Below are positions 47,241 to 61,100 of a stretch of 64,000 nt of DNA, piece by piece; positions within the stretch are counted from its first letter, which is position 1; each line of letters begins with the position of its first letter. This DNA is from Macrostomum lignano (taxonomy: Eukaryota). The notes under the pieces were generated by a model. The model did not search any database. It was not told the DNA's origin and saw only the letters and a list, made by a program, of their open reading frames with translations. Location of the stretch: positions 124,001 to 188,000 of the forward strand of contig NIVC01000340.1 in assembly GCA_002269645.1 (NCBI GenBank). Reading direction: 5' to 3'. The position numbers were made by a program, and so were the translations under genes.

Positions 47241-47655
47241 TCTTGATCTTGACAATATTTTCTCAATTTTGTTTAACTTTACATGGACAATACACTAAAA
47301 GACCTGATCCCGATTCCCGATCCCAATTCCAAGAAAAAAATTATTCCTGATCCCGATCCCGCCCAAAGATTTCAATCCTGTCCAACCTCTACATCCAGGC
47401 TTAGTTTGGTATACAATGGCTAAGGATGCATTTGTTACTACAATATATAGGTTAGTTAGGCACGTTTATTAACTCATATTAGAGTTCGAGCCTAGCTAGA
47501 GGTCCAATGGGATTGAAATCTTTGGGCAGGATTGGGATTGGGAATAAATAATTTTTTTTCTTGGGATTGGGATTAGGATCAGATCTTTTAGTGTGTTCTG
47601 GTTTGTAGGTCCATACAAAGTTAAACAAAATTGAGTAAAAAATGTCAAGATCAAA
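47241..47655. mobile_element. Foldback MITE with approximately 150-bp imperfect inverted arms
   Basis: 47241-47391 (TTGATCTTGACA...ACACTAAAAGACCTGATCC...CCCAAAGATTTCAATCC) is the reverse complement of 47497-47655; about 105-bp spacer. Confidence 0.82.
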
Positions 47656-49118
47656 AGTTAAGTGTAGTTATGCCTAATATTAAAAAAATAATAAATAAAC
47701 TAATACTATTACTAATAGACGTAATAGTTATAGATAGGCAAATTTTCAAGGTGAAAATCTTTCAAAAACCTTCTTCTTTTGCTACAATGTCGATACATAG
47801 GAAAAAAACTGTTTACAAAACTAATGATATCAGCTAGGCACTGCACTACCTACAGCCCGAGCCATGGGTACACGTACACCAAATGCTGGACCAGAGACTG
47901 GGAGACAAAGCTAGACCTGAGATCAGTGAAAGACCAGGACTAAGTGTGAGACAATATTTAAAAAAAGAGTCGCACGTGTACAAGCTCATGTACATAGGTC
48001 TATGTATTTCATTCAATGTAAAACTAAAATTGACTGCAAAAAAATGAAACTGCAGAGACTATAGCCCTCTTGAACGTTGAGGTCTTAACTATTCAATAAC
48101 GCTGGAAGGTCACGGCAAAAATCTTTCCAGGAAACAAACTAACCTCAGTAAAGCAAAAGCATTTAATTATTTGTTAATTCGTTATTTCAAGTATTTGTTA
48201 GCACATCTCGATCAAGATCCCATTGTCACCTTCAATAAAATGTACGATCTGAAAGGCAATATTTTGAATTACCTAATTACTTCATTTATAGGTGATTATT
48301 CCAAAAAATAATAAGTATTACGTATTTCGATGCTGATTCGTTGTTAGCATCGTTATTATTTATTTTTATAATTCGAAGACTTGTAGTAAATTTTGGCAAG
48401 GACCACTGTATTTTCAGCTACGTATCCACCTATAAAAAGATACTAAAGAAGTGTAAGAATTTCCGGTTTAGTTTTGTGTTTTTTGTCATCTTACGTTGCA
48501 AATCATTGTCATCAACCATTCTACTAAATGTTGGATTACAATGTAATATGAGAATCCAGCTTATAATTTATTATTTTATTACTTCATCGTGCTGTTTTAC
48601 ATGGTTACCTTGCCTGGTAAAAATCGTCAACATATATGACTAAGCAGAATCAGACAAGCATCCAAGCAGAAAAAAGCCTAAAGTCAAAGAGTTTTAGATA
48701 AAGCAAAACATGATATCTCAAAAGATTATTTTCAAAGCCTTATATTTCGTCCTACAATGTCCAGTGTTTGTTGTTTTTTATAATTGAATTCGTAAACCTT
48801 AGCTTCTTAGAAATCAGTTCTGCTTAAATTTTGAGCTATTACACGTTTATTGAACAAAATGATTTAATATTTTGTCATAAACGTACACGTATGGTAGGGT
48901 TAAGGGATGCACTCCTAAACCTAAATTTCCTGTTGTTAGTTGTAGCCCCTTTTTTGATCCAAGTTAATAATTATGTAGCTTGTAAGTTAACACTTGTCGT
49001 CGTCGATCGAATTCGAATTCAATTGCTTAAGCTTGGCCTATTACTTAGTAGACCTTTGTGATTGTGTTTCTCTCAGTATCAGCACGTTTTTGAATGTCAA
49101 TGATTTATCGTTTGTGAC

Positions 49119-52100
49119 ATGTTGCATTCCTTACCTAAAGGAATTTGTTTCATGCTCGGTCTATTTTTTCTTCTAGTATGTCTTAAACAATGCAGCTCCT
49201 CCACCTCAGATGATGATACTATAAATTCTGAATCATCAAAATTCGAAGGCCCAGTCACAATTTCCGATTCTGATCTTTATGATCCAGAAGAAGATGAGCA
49301 TGAACATGATAGCCATGAAGTTCATAAAGCACTTCCAAATCCAACAAATAATGATAATCCTAGAGCTAGGCCTATTTCTATTAAGCCAAAATCTTCCTCA
49401 GACAGAGTTTCTGATAGTTCAGCTTCAACTGCTTCAGGATTGAATTTCAGGTATGTTTTAAAACATTTTAAGTAGGCCTAATTATATATATTTATAGAAT
49501 ATCATATAAAAAAGTTCTTATCTTGTTTTAACTTCTAAAAAAGCCTATCTAAATTATATATATCAATATAACCTAATAAATAGCCATAGATAGCCATAGT
49601 CTTTTTCAATCTATATTAACCATATTTAAACCAAATGTAGACCCTAATCCAAACAGAGGTGACTAGATATTTTGTCAACTGGCATTTTGTTAGCTGGCAT
49701 TTTATGTATATATAGCCATATATGGCATGAGTGTAACATACACTGCATGTTATTACGCATGTTATTTGGCATGTTATTCTGCACGTTATTCTGCATGTTC
49801 CGCTAGTTATTCCGCATGTTCCGCATGTTGTTCTGCACAGTATTCCGCACATTATTCTGCACGTTATTCTGCATATTATTCTGCACGTTATTCCCCATGT
49901 TATTCTGCATGTTATTCTGCACAAGCTGTTTTGCAGTACCACCTCGTCATCTGGCGTAATCTACTAAATTTTGCACAAAATTCAGCCAAACTATGTTGGC
50001 ATTGTGGCAAAGACCAGGTGGCCAAAATGCCGCGAAATGAAAAAAGCACAACAGATGGGTAAGAAATGAAGTACTAAAATACTAAGTTAAGAAATTGGGC
50101 TTTAACCATTTATTTCTGATATTCTAACTATATCACACTACTTCCTACGGATTATATGTATCATACATGCGCAACCTCCCTGATTTACACTGGCCATGCG
50201 ACTTACTTTTTGACCAAAAATGCGACTTACCTGTGAAATAAACCCTAAAGCAAAATTAATGCTTATTTGGGTAAACGGCAGGAGTAACTATGACTGTCTT
50301 ATCAGGCCTAAATGCCTTGGCATCTAATTAGTACTACGTCCGTATTCTTTGGGGTGGCATTTTTGCGACTTACCCCTGGTCCACCACAATTTACAGTGGC
50401 CAGATCGGCCAGGTCGGCCAGCAGTTGCGCATGTATGATACATATTAATGTTTTGGTTTTCATTTTTAAGTAGTCACTCTTCTCTTCTTTTTCTCTAACC
50501 TCTCCGCAACCCCGCCTCTGTGCATGCAACTCTGTAACCCAACTTACAACTCTGCAACTACAGTACGCTGTTGCAGTCAATTATAATTTTATGAATGGCA
50601 TTGTAGTAGTCGCAATCCAGGAAAATACACGAGTATAACAAGCTCATGTACATGTAGACTTTTGCTTTACATTTAAATGTATCAAATATTGAAAAATTAC
50701 TTTTAAATTTTATACAGAACATCGTGGAAAATGCCTAGTAACATGCCAAACAACATGTGGAATAATGTGCGGAATAACATACAAAATAACATGCGACATA
50801 AGTTATTCACATTATATGGCCATATATAGCCATATAGGCCCTAATATCAATTATGTAAACAATTTAACATCATTGAAAACTTAATATATAATAAGGACCA
50901 TGCAGTATTTTTGGCATTAAGAAATTTTGTTCTTGATGAAATTTTGCTCCTTTGGAAGGCCTTGCATATTGAGTTTTTGTCATTGTGAAATTTTGGTCTT
51001 ATAAAGCCTTCTTCCCTATAAAAAAAGTAATTCAATTTAAGCCATAGTTTGGAAAATGATATGGACGCTAGGATTTCCTAGCATTTGACAAGGGTACTTG
51101 CTATTTTTCAATGTATATCAGCATATATCCCAGCATATATGACATAGTAGAATATTTTTAGCTTATATCTATGGCATACTGGCATGCATATTAGGACCAA
51201 TTAAGTGACTTTATATAAAATCCAGTTTGTGGATCGTGTAGTAGTGTACGCCGGAACAAGAATCCTAGCTCATCTAAATATATACTAGTGTATGACAAAA
51301 ACAAAAAAATTCCTAAAAATTTAGTAGTACTAAAGTATGCCAAAATTCCTCTTAAAAGGTCATTCAGTTTTCACATATAAAATTTTTAAGAAAGGCTTTT
51401 GTACAATAAATCTTCATTACAAATATTTTCATTTTAAACCAACTTAAATTATACCTACAGAAATAATAAGGCAAAATTGACACTCTTACCAATCTTCTAA
51501 ATCTACTAGATTTCTAAGGTTTGTTTGTATGCTTGTCCATAATGCTTTAGTAATTTTTAATTTTTTTTAGCTCATAAAAAGTATTGAAAGTATTCTTTTA
51601 AAATTGTCTTTTCTTAGTATATATTCCATAAGTGCATTATTTTTAAGTTTGTTACTCTGTATGAATAATCAATTCAAAATTGAAAAAATGTACAACTAGG
51701 GCCATGTACATCATTGAAAACATTTTTTTAGTCTCAGCGTACAAATGTGGTCTTATACTTTTTCCCCCACTAGACCCAACGTACACTAATAAATGATCCA
51801 AACTATGGAATTTGAGGGACTTTAAATTTTGAAAGTAACTTGTATAAGCTTTAGGTAATTATTGCCTAACAAAAAGTAATACTGGTTTGAAAAAGAAAAC
51901 TATTAACCCTTTAACAAATGCTTTTTATTATTATAATATAATATGAAATTTAAATTATTATGAATTACCAAAGAAATATATGCTATGAGACTTCAAAAAT
52001 TTGTAATTTACAACATTTTCTTTGCCTTAATTTTAGCAAAATTGTTCTTGTCAGCACAATTGATGGCAAGCTGAGTGCCTTCTCATTGGACTCAACTAAT

Positions 52101-55100
52101 GGCAACAATTTGAAATGGCAATTTGATCTTGGCAAGCCATTGCTATCGCAAAGTATAAGTCAGCTACTGGTGAGTTGAGAACTATTTGCATGAAATGTTT
52201 GTGTAAACTTTACAATTTGTGTGAATTCCAGTTTGTGTGAATTATACAGTTTGTGAATTCCACAGTTTCCATGAATTCCACAGTTTGTCAATCCCACAGT
52301 TTGTGAATTCCACAGTTTCTGTGAATCCCACAGTTTGTGAATCCCACAGTTTCCATGAATTCCACAGTTTGTCAATCCCACAGTTTGTGAATCCCACAGT
52401 TTCCGTGAATCCCACAGTTTGTGAATCCCACAGTTTGTGAATTCCACAGTTTCTGTGAATCCCACAGTTTGTGAATTCCATAGTAGTGAATTCCAGAGTT
52501 TGTGAATCCCACAGTTTGTGAATCCCACAGTTTGTGAATCTCACTGTTTGTGAATTCCACAGTTTCTCTGAATCCAACAGTGTGTGAATTCCACAGTTTC
52601 TGTGAATTCCACAGTTTGTGAATTCCACAGTTTCCGTGAATCTCACAGTTTCCGTGAATTTCACAGTTTCCGTGAATTTCACAGTTTGTGAATCCCACAG
52701 TTTGTGAATCCCACAGTTTCCGTGAATCCCACAGTTTGTGAATTCCATAGTTTGTGAATTCCATAGTTTGTGAATTCTATAGTTTGTGAATTCCACAGTT
52801 TCCGTGAATCCCACAGTTTGTGAATTCCATAGTTTGTGAATTCCATAGTTTGTGAATTCCATAGTTTGTGAATTCTATAGTTTGTGAATTCCACAGTTTC
52901 CGTGAATCCCACAGTTTGTGAATTCCATAGTTTGTGAATTCCATAGTTTGTGAATTCTATAGTTTGTGAATTCTATAGTTTGTGAATTCCACAGTTTCCG
53001 TGAATCTCACAGTTTCCGTGAATTTCACAGTTTGTGAATCCCACAGTTTCCGTGAATCCCACAGTTTGTGAATTCCATAGTTTGTGAATTCCATAGTAGT
53101 GAATTCCACAGTTTTTGTGAATCACAGTTTGTGAATTCCATAGTAGTGAATTCCACAGTTTCTGTGAATCCCACAGTTTGTGAATTCCATAGTTTCCGTG
53201 AATCCCACAGTTTGTGAATTCCATAGTTTGTGAATTCCATAGTTTGTGAATTCTATAGTTTGTGAATTCTATAGTTTGTGAATTCCACAGTTTCCGTGAA
53301 TCTCACAGTTTCCGTGAATTTCACAGTTTGTGAATCCCACAGTTTCCGTGAATCCCACAGTTTGTGAATTCCATAGTTTGTGAATTCCATAGTAGTGAAT
53401 TCCACAGTTTTTGTGAATCACAGTTTGTGAATTCCATAGTAGTGAATTCCACAGTTTCTGTGAATCCCACAGTTTGTGAATTCCATAGTAGTGAATTCCA
53501 CAGTTTTTGAAAATTCCACAGCTAGTTTAAATTCTAGCGTCCAAAAAATGTCAATTATCCTGGCGGCACAAAATGTTATTATGATGACACAGATAAAAAT
53601 ATTTTATTGCCCCATTGATGTTTAAAATGCCACCCCTGTTAACTCATTAGCACCGGGACAGCAGCGGTCAGCCCTACCGCATCATCCCGTCTCTGGACGG
53701 CTCTCTGTTCCGATTGGACTCCGGCAGTTTGCACTCGCTGCCCGTCACTGCCGATACGCTGCTATCGACATCCTACCGTCTGGCTGAGGACACCTTTGTT
53801 GTTGGCAGCAAAGAGACTTTGTTGACTGGACTGTCGCTCAGGTCTGGCCGGCCTCTTTACCAATGCGGCGCTTCCGGCTGCAAGAATCTGGCGCCGGATG
53901 TGCCCTCGGCATCGGCTGGCAGTTCTAGACGTCTAGACGTTGACGAGAACGACGATGAGGATGGAGAGCCCGAGCCGGTTGAAAGGGCTGACAGCGGCGT
54001 CGGCGGCGTGCTGACTGTGCGACGGCTGGCCAGCACAGTGCGGGCGGTGCACAGCAGCGGCAGGGAGGACTGGCACTTCCAGGTGCAGCTGCTTTTTGGA
54101 TTCTCCGCCAGCCTCTTGGACTCTTTTTAGTTGCTGGGTCAGCCTCCCAGATCCTCAGTTGCTGGGCCAGCCTCCCAGATCCTCAGTTGCTGGGCCACCA
54201 CCCTCCCAGAGTGTCAGTTGCTGGGCCAGCCTCCCAGATCCTCAGTTGCTGGGCCAGCCTCCCAGATCCTCAGTTGCTGGGCCAGCCTCCCAGATCCTCA
54301 GTTGCTGGGCCACCACCCTCCCAGAGTGTCAGTTGCTGGGCCAGCCTCCCAGATCCTCAGTTGCTGGGCCAGCCTCCCAGATCCTCAGTTGCTGGGCCAG
54401 CCTCCCAGATCCTCAGTTGCTGGGCCAGCCTCCCAGATCTTCAGTTGCTGGGCCAGCCTCCCAGATCATCAGTTGCTGGGCCAGCCTCCCAGATCCTCAG
54501 CTGCTGGGTCAGCCTCCCAGATCATCAGTTGCTGGGCCAGCCTCCCAGATCCTCAGTTGCTGGGCCAGCCTCCCAGATCTTCAGTTGCTGGGCCAGCCTC
54601 CCAGATCATCAGTTGCTGGGCCAGCCTCCCAGATCCTCAGCTGCTGGGTCAGCCTCCCAGATCATCAGTTGCTGGGCCAGCCTCCCAGATCCCCAGTTGC
54701 TGGGCCAGCCTCCCAGATCCGCAGTTGCAACTGTCAAAGTCAAGCAAAGCCTCTTAATTTTCGAATCAAGGTGGCAGAATGCGAGCTCGGCTATCACGCC
54801 TGCGCTGGCCAAAACGACGACGGGGGCGTCGGCGGCAATGATAGCGACTCGCAGGCGCGTCGCTTCTGCGCTCAGAGCGGCGTCGGCGGCAGCGGAAGCG
54901 CTAAACAAAAGCAGCATCAGTCGGAGTCTGACAGCAGCTATCGGTAATGCTCAGGATTAAGTATAATTTATGGTTAAATAGTCCTGAATGCTGCTAACTT
55001 GAAGGGGTCAGGGTAGCTCAGCGGTGTAAGGCGTCTCTAATTCTCCTCCTGTGGTAAAGTCTCCCGGGTTCGACTCCGTACTCCGCCAGATTAATTTATG

Positions 55101-58100
55101 ATGTGTTTTCATGCGCAAAAATTGTCTTGGAGCGTAAATTTGCATTTCCTGGAAATCATTTCAGCTCCGCAGTCTCTCAGGGCCTTCGTTTCGACGTCAC
55201 GTCGGGTATCGTCTATCGAATCCACCCGACTACCGGCGCCGTTCTCTGGCGCCATCCGCTGGCGTCTCCCATTGCCCAAGCTTGGGAATTGACGCCTGGC
55301 GGCTCGCGTCCTCGTTTGACCTCGATTTCAGTGTTTCATATGCGCCACACCGCTTCTGCTGTGTCCGCATCTACTGGAGGCGGCGGCGGCAGCGGATGTC
55401 CGAGTCGGGGTGCTCAACTGCCGCCTTCCCTGTCTGGCGGCCACGTGTACATCGGCCAGTATAGGTATGTTAGTGAATTTTCAATCCTCCGATATGTATC
55501 GAAAGTAGCTTTGCACACTATAGAATTGCGTTCAGCGATATGTATCGAAAGTAGCTTTACATCCTATAAAATTACTTTAGCGATATGTATCGAAAGTAGC
55601 TTTGCACACTATGAAATTGCGTTCAGCGATATATGTATCTAAAGTAGCTTTACACACTATAAAATTGCGTTTAGCGATATGCATCGAAAAAAATATTTAT
55701 TCTATTATATTAATCGCAGGGACCAGTACTACGTTCAATCTGAGCCGCTCACACACCAGCACCGTCACCAGCAGCCTCAGAATCAGCTGGCCGTGCCGGC
55801 CCCCGGCGCCAGTTCGGTGTGGCGCCGACCGTTGTCGCAGCCGCTGCAGTTGCAGGTTCGGTTGGAATTCAAAAAGGATCAACAGCAACAGGGGGAGGCG
55901 TCGGATAAAGACGGTGATAATGCCGGGGCTAGTGGGCGGGAACTGGCTCTGCGCGAGGATGTGCTAATCGCCGAGCCGGGATTTTATCCTGCGGTCGGTT
56001 GGGACGGAGGCCCCAGCGATTTGGCTGGGCAGCAGCAGCAGCCACTTAATCCCTACGGCCAGCAATCGACTAGCGGCGACGATTTTATTAGCGAATTCGA
56101 CGACGACGAAGACGGTGTTGTTTATCAGGTGAGTATTTTGTCGACGATATGTTTCGAAAGTAGCTTTGTACGATTTGAACAAGATGACATGTATCGAGAA
56201 TAATATTTTCAGATATTTTCAGATAAAACAAACTGCCGATCTGTATCGAAAATAACATTTTCAGACTAAAACCAACCGATATGTATCGAAAATAGCATTT
56301 TAAGCCTAAAACCAGCCAGTATGTTTCGAAAAATGTTTTGAAAATGATACCTAACAATAATATTAAAGAAGATGTTATGAAATTATAATGTTACAAACGA
56401 AACAAGACGATATGTATCGAAAAATAACTTTTTTAATCGAAGCAAGACAACATGGACTGGAAATAGCGCAAGATCAAAAACCAGCCGATATGTATCGAAA
56501 GTTAACTCTTTAAGTGACGGACAGACAATGTGTATCGAAATTTACTCTCAATATAGAATATTTATAATGACGTAAGCGTTACATAATTACATTCTTAAGT
56601 TTGCCTTGGCCTCTATAATCAGGTGATCAACAACTATACTGGCTCCCTGTGGCACTACCTGCCCCAGATCATCATACTGTCGCTATTCCTATCGGTGCTA
56701 GTGCACTTATTCGTCACTAAAGTGCTGCAGCCGGCCCGCTACGAGCAGTTAAATCGCGTCTGCTCGGTGGAATCAAACGCATCTAATAGTAATACCCTGG
56801 AAGCGATACGGCGCGAGTCTCAGTTGCTATTGGCAACTCCAGATCAACAACAACAGCAGCAACAACTGGTTTCAACAACCGATTCTTCGTCTCAGCAGCA
56901 TCTGCTGGCACTGCCTAACTACCTACCAGGTTTGAATCCGTGATTTCGGGTAAACGGCAGCAGTAGCTTAAGCTGTATTATAAGAGCAAAATGCCTCGTC
57001 ATCTGATTAGTACTACGTCTGTATTCTGGATCTGAAATGCCTCGGCCGGGTGTTCGACCCAAACGACTGCAATGCGACGGAGAGGCGACTGTTAAGTGAA
57101 CTGCAGAATCGTCAAAAAGAGTCGTCCAATAGTCGTTGTGTTAGCGCTTAACTTACTACTACTAGCTCAAGTAGACTAAATGGGGTTTTTGTAAATGTGA
57201 AATGCGATTTTAATTCATAAAGTGAGGCCTAGGTTTGGTTTTCATCGGGTGGAGGCCATTTTATTTAATTTGTATTAATTTGATTATTTTATTTGACTGC
57301 AGGTCTTAGCGGCCAGTTCGTGTCCCGCTATCACACTGAGTTCACTCACGTCCGCTGCCTCGGCCGTGGCGGCTTCGGCCTCGTATTCGAAGCTCGCCAC
57401 CGAATCGACGACTGTTGCTATGCTATTAAACGCGTTGCAGTTAAGAATAGCGATCAGGCCAGGGCTAGGATATTGCGCGAAGTGAAAGCTCTGGCTAAAC
57501 TCGATCATCAAGGTATCGTTAGGTGAGTCTTGTTTTATAATGAGACACCCTAGCATCCCATATTCATTGATCCCACACCCTAATATCCCATATTAATTGA
57601 TCCCACACCCTAATATCCCATATTAATTGATCCCACACCCTAATATCCCATATTAATTGATCCCACACCCTAGCATCCCATATTCATTGATCCCACACCC
57701 TAGCATCCCATATTCATTGATCCCACACCCTAATATCCCATATTAATTGATCCCATACCCTAATATCCCAGATTCCTTGATTCCATACCCTAAGCATCCC
57801 AGATTTATTCATCCCATACCCTAGTGTCCTAGATTCATTGATCCTATATTCTAAGTATCCCAGATTCCTTGATCCCATACTCTTAGTATCCCAGATTCAT
57901 TGATCCATACTCTAAGTATCCCAGATTCCTCATTCCTTGATCCCATACTCTAAAGTATCCCAGATTCCTCATTCCTTGATCCCATACTCTAAAGTATCCC
58001 AGATTCCTTGATCCCATACTCTAAGTATCCCAGATTCCTTGATCCCATACTCTAAGTATCCCAGATTCCTTGATCCCATACTCTAAGTATCCCAGATTCC

Positions 58101-61100
58101 TTGATCCCATACTCTAAGTATCCCAGATTCCTTGATCCCATACTCTAAGTATCCCAGATTCCTTGATCCCATACTCTAAGTATCCCAGATTCCTTGATCC
58201 CATACTCTAAGTATCCCAGATTCCTTGATCCCATACTCTAAGTATCCCAGATTCCTTGATCCCATACTCTAAGTATCCCAGATTCCTTGATCCCATACTC
58301 TAAGTATCCCAGATTTCTTGATCCCATACTCTAAGCATCCCAAATTCCTTGATCCCATGCTCTTAGTATCCCAGATTCATTGATCCCATACTCTAAAGTA
58401 TCCCAGATTCCTTGATCCCATACTCTAAGTATCCCAGATTCCTTGATCCCATACTCTAAGTATCCCTGATTCCTTGATCCAATGCTCTTAGTATCCCAGA
58501 TTCATTGATCCCACACCCTAAGCATCCCAGATTCCTTCATCCCATACCCAAACTATCCCAGATTCCTTGATCCCACACCCTAAGTATCCCAGATTCCTTG
58601 ATCTCGCCGCACCCTAACATCCCATATTCATTGATCCCACACCCTAATATCTCATATTGATTGATCCCACACCTAAATATCCCATACACCTAAGAAATAT
58701 CCCATATCCTGATCCCATTCTTGATTGACAACAATCTGATGGATTGCATTACCTACATGATCTAGTTGCCACACCCCGCAGATACTATCAGGCCTGGTTC
58801 GAGTGCCCGCCAAGCGGCTGGCAGGAGCGCATGGACGCCAGCTTGATCAACGCCAACCGACAGGCAGCTGAAACCGCCGCTATCACAGAGGCAGACGACG
58901 GCCTGTCCTCCGGCGCCCCGGACACCGTGGCCAGCTTTGGCCTGTCCACAGGCGGCGCAGTGGCGACAGATTTCACCAGCTCGAAGGCGACGCCTCCCGT
59001 TGGTCGATTTAGTAGGCGAAAGCGCCTGTTCTCGGATTCGTTTGCCGCATCTGTCCGCGGCGCTGGAGGCCTCCGACGGCGTCACGGCACCGGAAGCGGC
59101 GGAGGCAGCATCAGCTCATGCTGCGGTCGCCGACCATCGCCGTTGAATCCCTACGATGGCGATGTCGATCTATCGGCTACAGATGACGATATCATCGATA
59201 AAGAGCGGTCCGATTTTAACAAAGACTTCTCAATGGAACAAAGACTTGACTGCGATGATAACTTTGAGGACGACGATTTTGATAGCGGGGAATTTTCCAA
59301 TGCCACTGGGTTTGGCACCAGCGGCGGCGGCTATGACAGTGTCGAACTGGCGGCGCTGGGCAGCCGTTGGACAATGCCCGAGAGTGACACCACCACTGAG
59401 GAGCCGTCAACTGCTGGCCGCCTGTCCGTACCGATTCAGCAAAGACGGTGCGATACTTATAGTTTTCTGCTCTACTCGTCAGTGACTACTCAAGTAGACG
59501 GACGGGAAACTACATTTCCTGTAGTCCTTGCTCGTTGTCTGTACATCCTCTGTAGGGCAGAAACACTTATGAAAGCCGATTCCCTGACGGCGAAGAGAGT
59601 GCACATGCCTGACCAATTAGAAAGTCAAAGGACCGCAGTACACCCTGTGTGAGCATGTGTATGAGTGGCTGAGTGCCCGCTTGTACGTGTGCTCAGGAAT
59701 CTGTGGAATGGGTAGAATCGCCTATAAGTAAAATTATTGAAAACTTTTATTGCCCCCCCTTTGCAGCTCAGCCTCTAAGAAGCGGCTTCATCACAAGCAG
59801 AAGCAGAAGAAAACGTCAAACAACAATCGATCAATAAAGCACGTTGATGACGATTCGGTAGAAATCGTATTTGAACATTCCAACCCGGGTGCCGCTTATA
59901 ATCGTTTGTCGAGCTCGTCTGATGAGGATGATGATGATGCAGCGTTTTCTAAGAAAGATGTCGCCAAAGCGACGGCGTCGCTGGTTCATAGCGACGACAA
60001 CAATGACGATAAAGTCGGTCAAGCCGGTGCAGGTCGAAGTCGGCGGCGTCGAAAAACGGCGTCGAACGCCGCCTCATCAGCGGCGCTGGCCTCGGAGCAG
60101 TCGAATCCGACAACTCACGAATCCAAGCTCTATCTGTACATACAGATGCAGCTGTGCCAGAAGGAGAGCCTTCGCGACTGGCTGCGAGTAAATACGGGCG
60201 ACAGGGACCGGGTTCGAGTTCGGGACGTCTTTGGTCAAATCTGTCAGGCCGTGTCGTTTGTGCATCAGTGCAATTTGATTCACCGGGACTTGAAGAGTTC
60301 CAATATTTTCTTTGCGTTGGATGGCTCCGTTAAGATTGGTAGGTTTTCAATGAGATTAGAGAGGGTCAGATTAGAGCTAGGATTAGATGAAGGAGATTAG
60401 ATGCATACAGGATGAAATTTAGATAGGAAGAAGATTCCAATAAGAGAGTAAGCTAGGGTGAGAATGAGCTTGGAAAGGCTGAGATGGAATGAGACTAGGG
60501 GGGTGAGATAAATTGAGATTACATTAGAGGGTGAGATGAATTGAGATTAGCGGATGAGATAAATTGAGATTAGGGAGGATGAGCTGAATTGAGATTAGAA
60601 GGTGCGATGGAGTGGGATTAGAGACGGTGAGATGAAATGAGATTAGAGAGGGTGAGATAGAATGGGATTAGAGAGGGTGAGATGGCATGAGATTAGAGAG
60701 GGTGGGATAGAATGGGATTAGAGACTGAGATAAAATGATATTAGAAGGGGTGAGATAGAATGAGATTCGAGAGGGTGAGATGGCATGAGATTAGAGAGAG
60801 TGAGATGGCATGAGATTAGAGAAGGTAAGATTAGAGCTAGGGTTAGATGAAGGAGATAAGAGAGGGTGAGATGGAATGAGATAAGAGAAGGCGAGATGGC
60901 ATGAGATTAGAGAGGGTGAGATGGAATGAGATTAGAGTGGGTGAGATGGCATGAGATTAGAGAGAGTGAGATAGCATGAGATTAGAGCGGGTGAAATTAG
61001 AGCTAGGGTTAGATAAAGGAGATAAGAGAGGGTGAGATGGAATGAAATTAGAGAGTGAGATAGCATGAGATTAGAGAGGGTGAAAATAGATAGTCAAGTT

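Noticed and set aside
51190-51830. Short diverged inverted match (TTTG..GATC...TAGTGTACG) in PERK intron 1 as a possible MITE or Helitron end
   Set aside because: Too short and degenerate to define termini.
52160-53240. EFTNCGIH-repeat ORFs on the minus strand
   Set aside because: Translations of the PERK intron 2 minisatellite.
54096-54770. [13 protein letters not shown] repeats as a PERK luminal insertion
   Set aside because: The 28-bp unit is not a multiple of 3, and joining 54082 to 54771 restores the conserved PERK motif.
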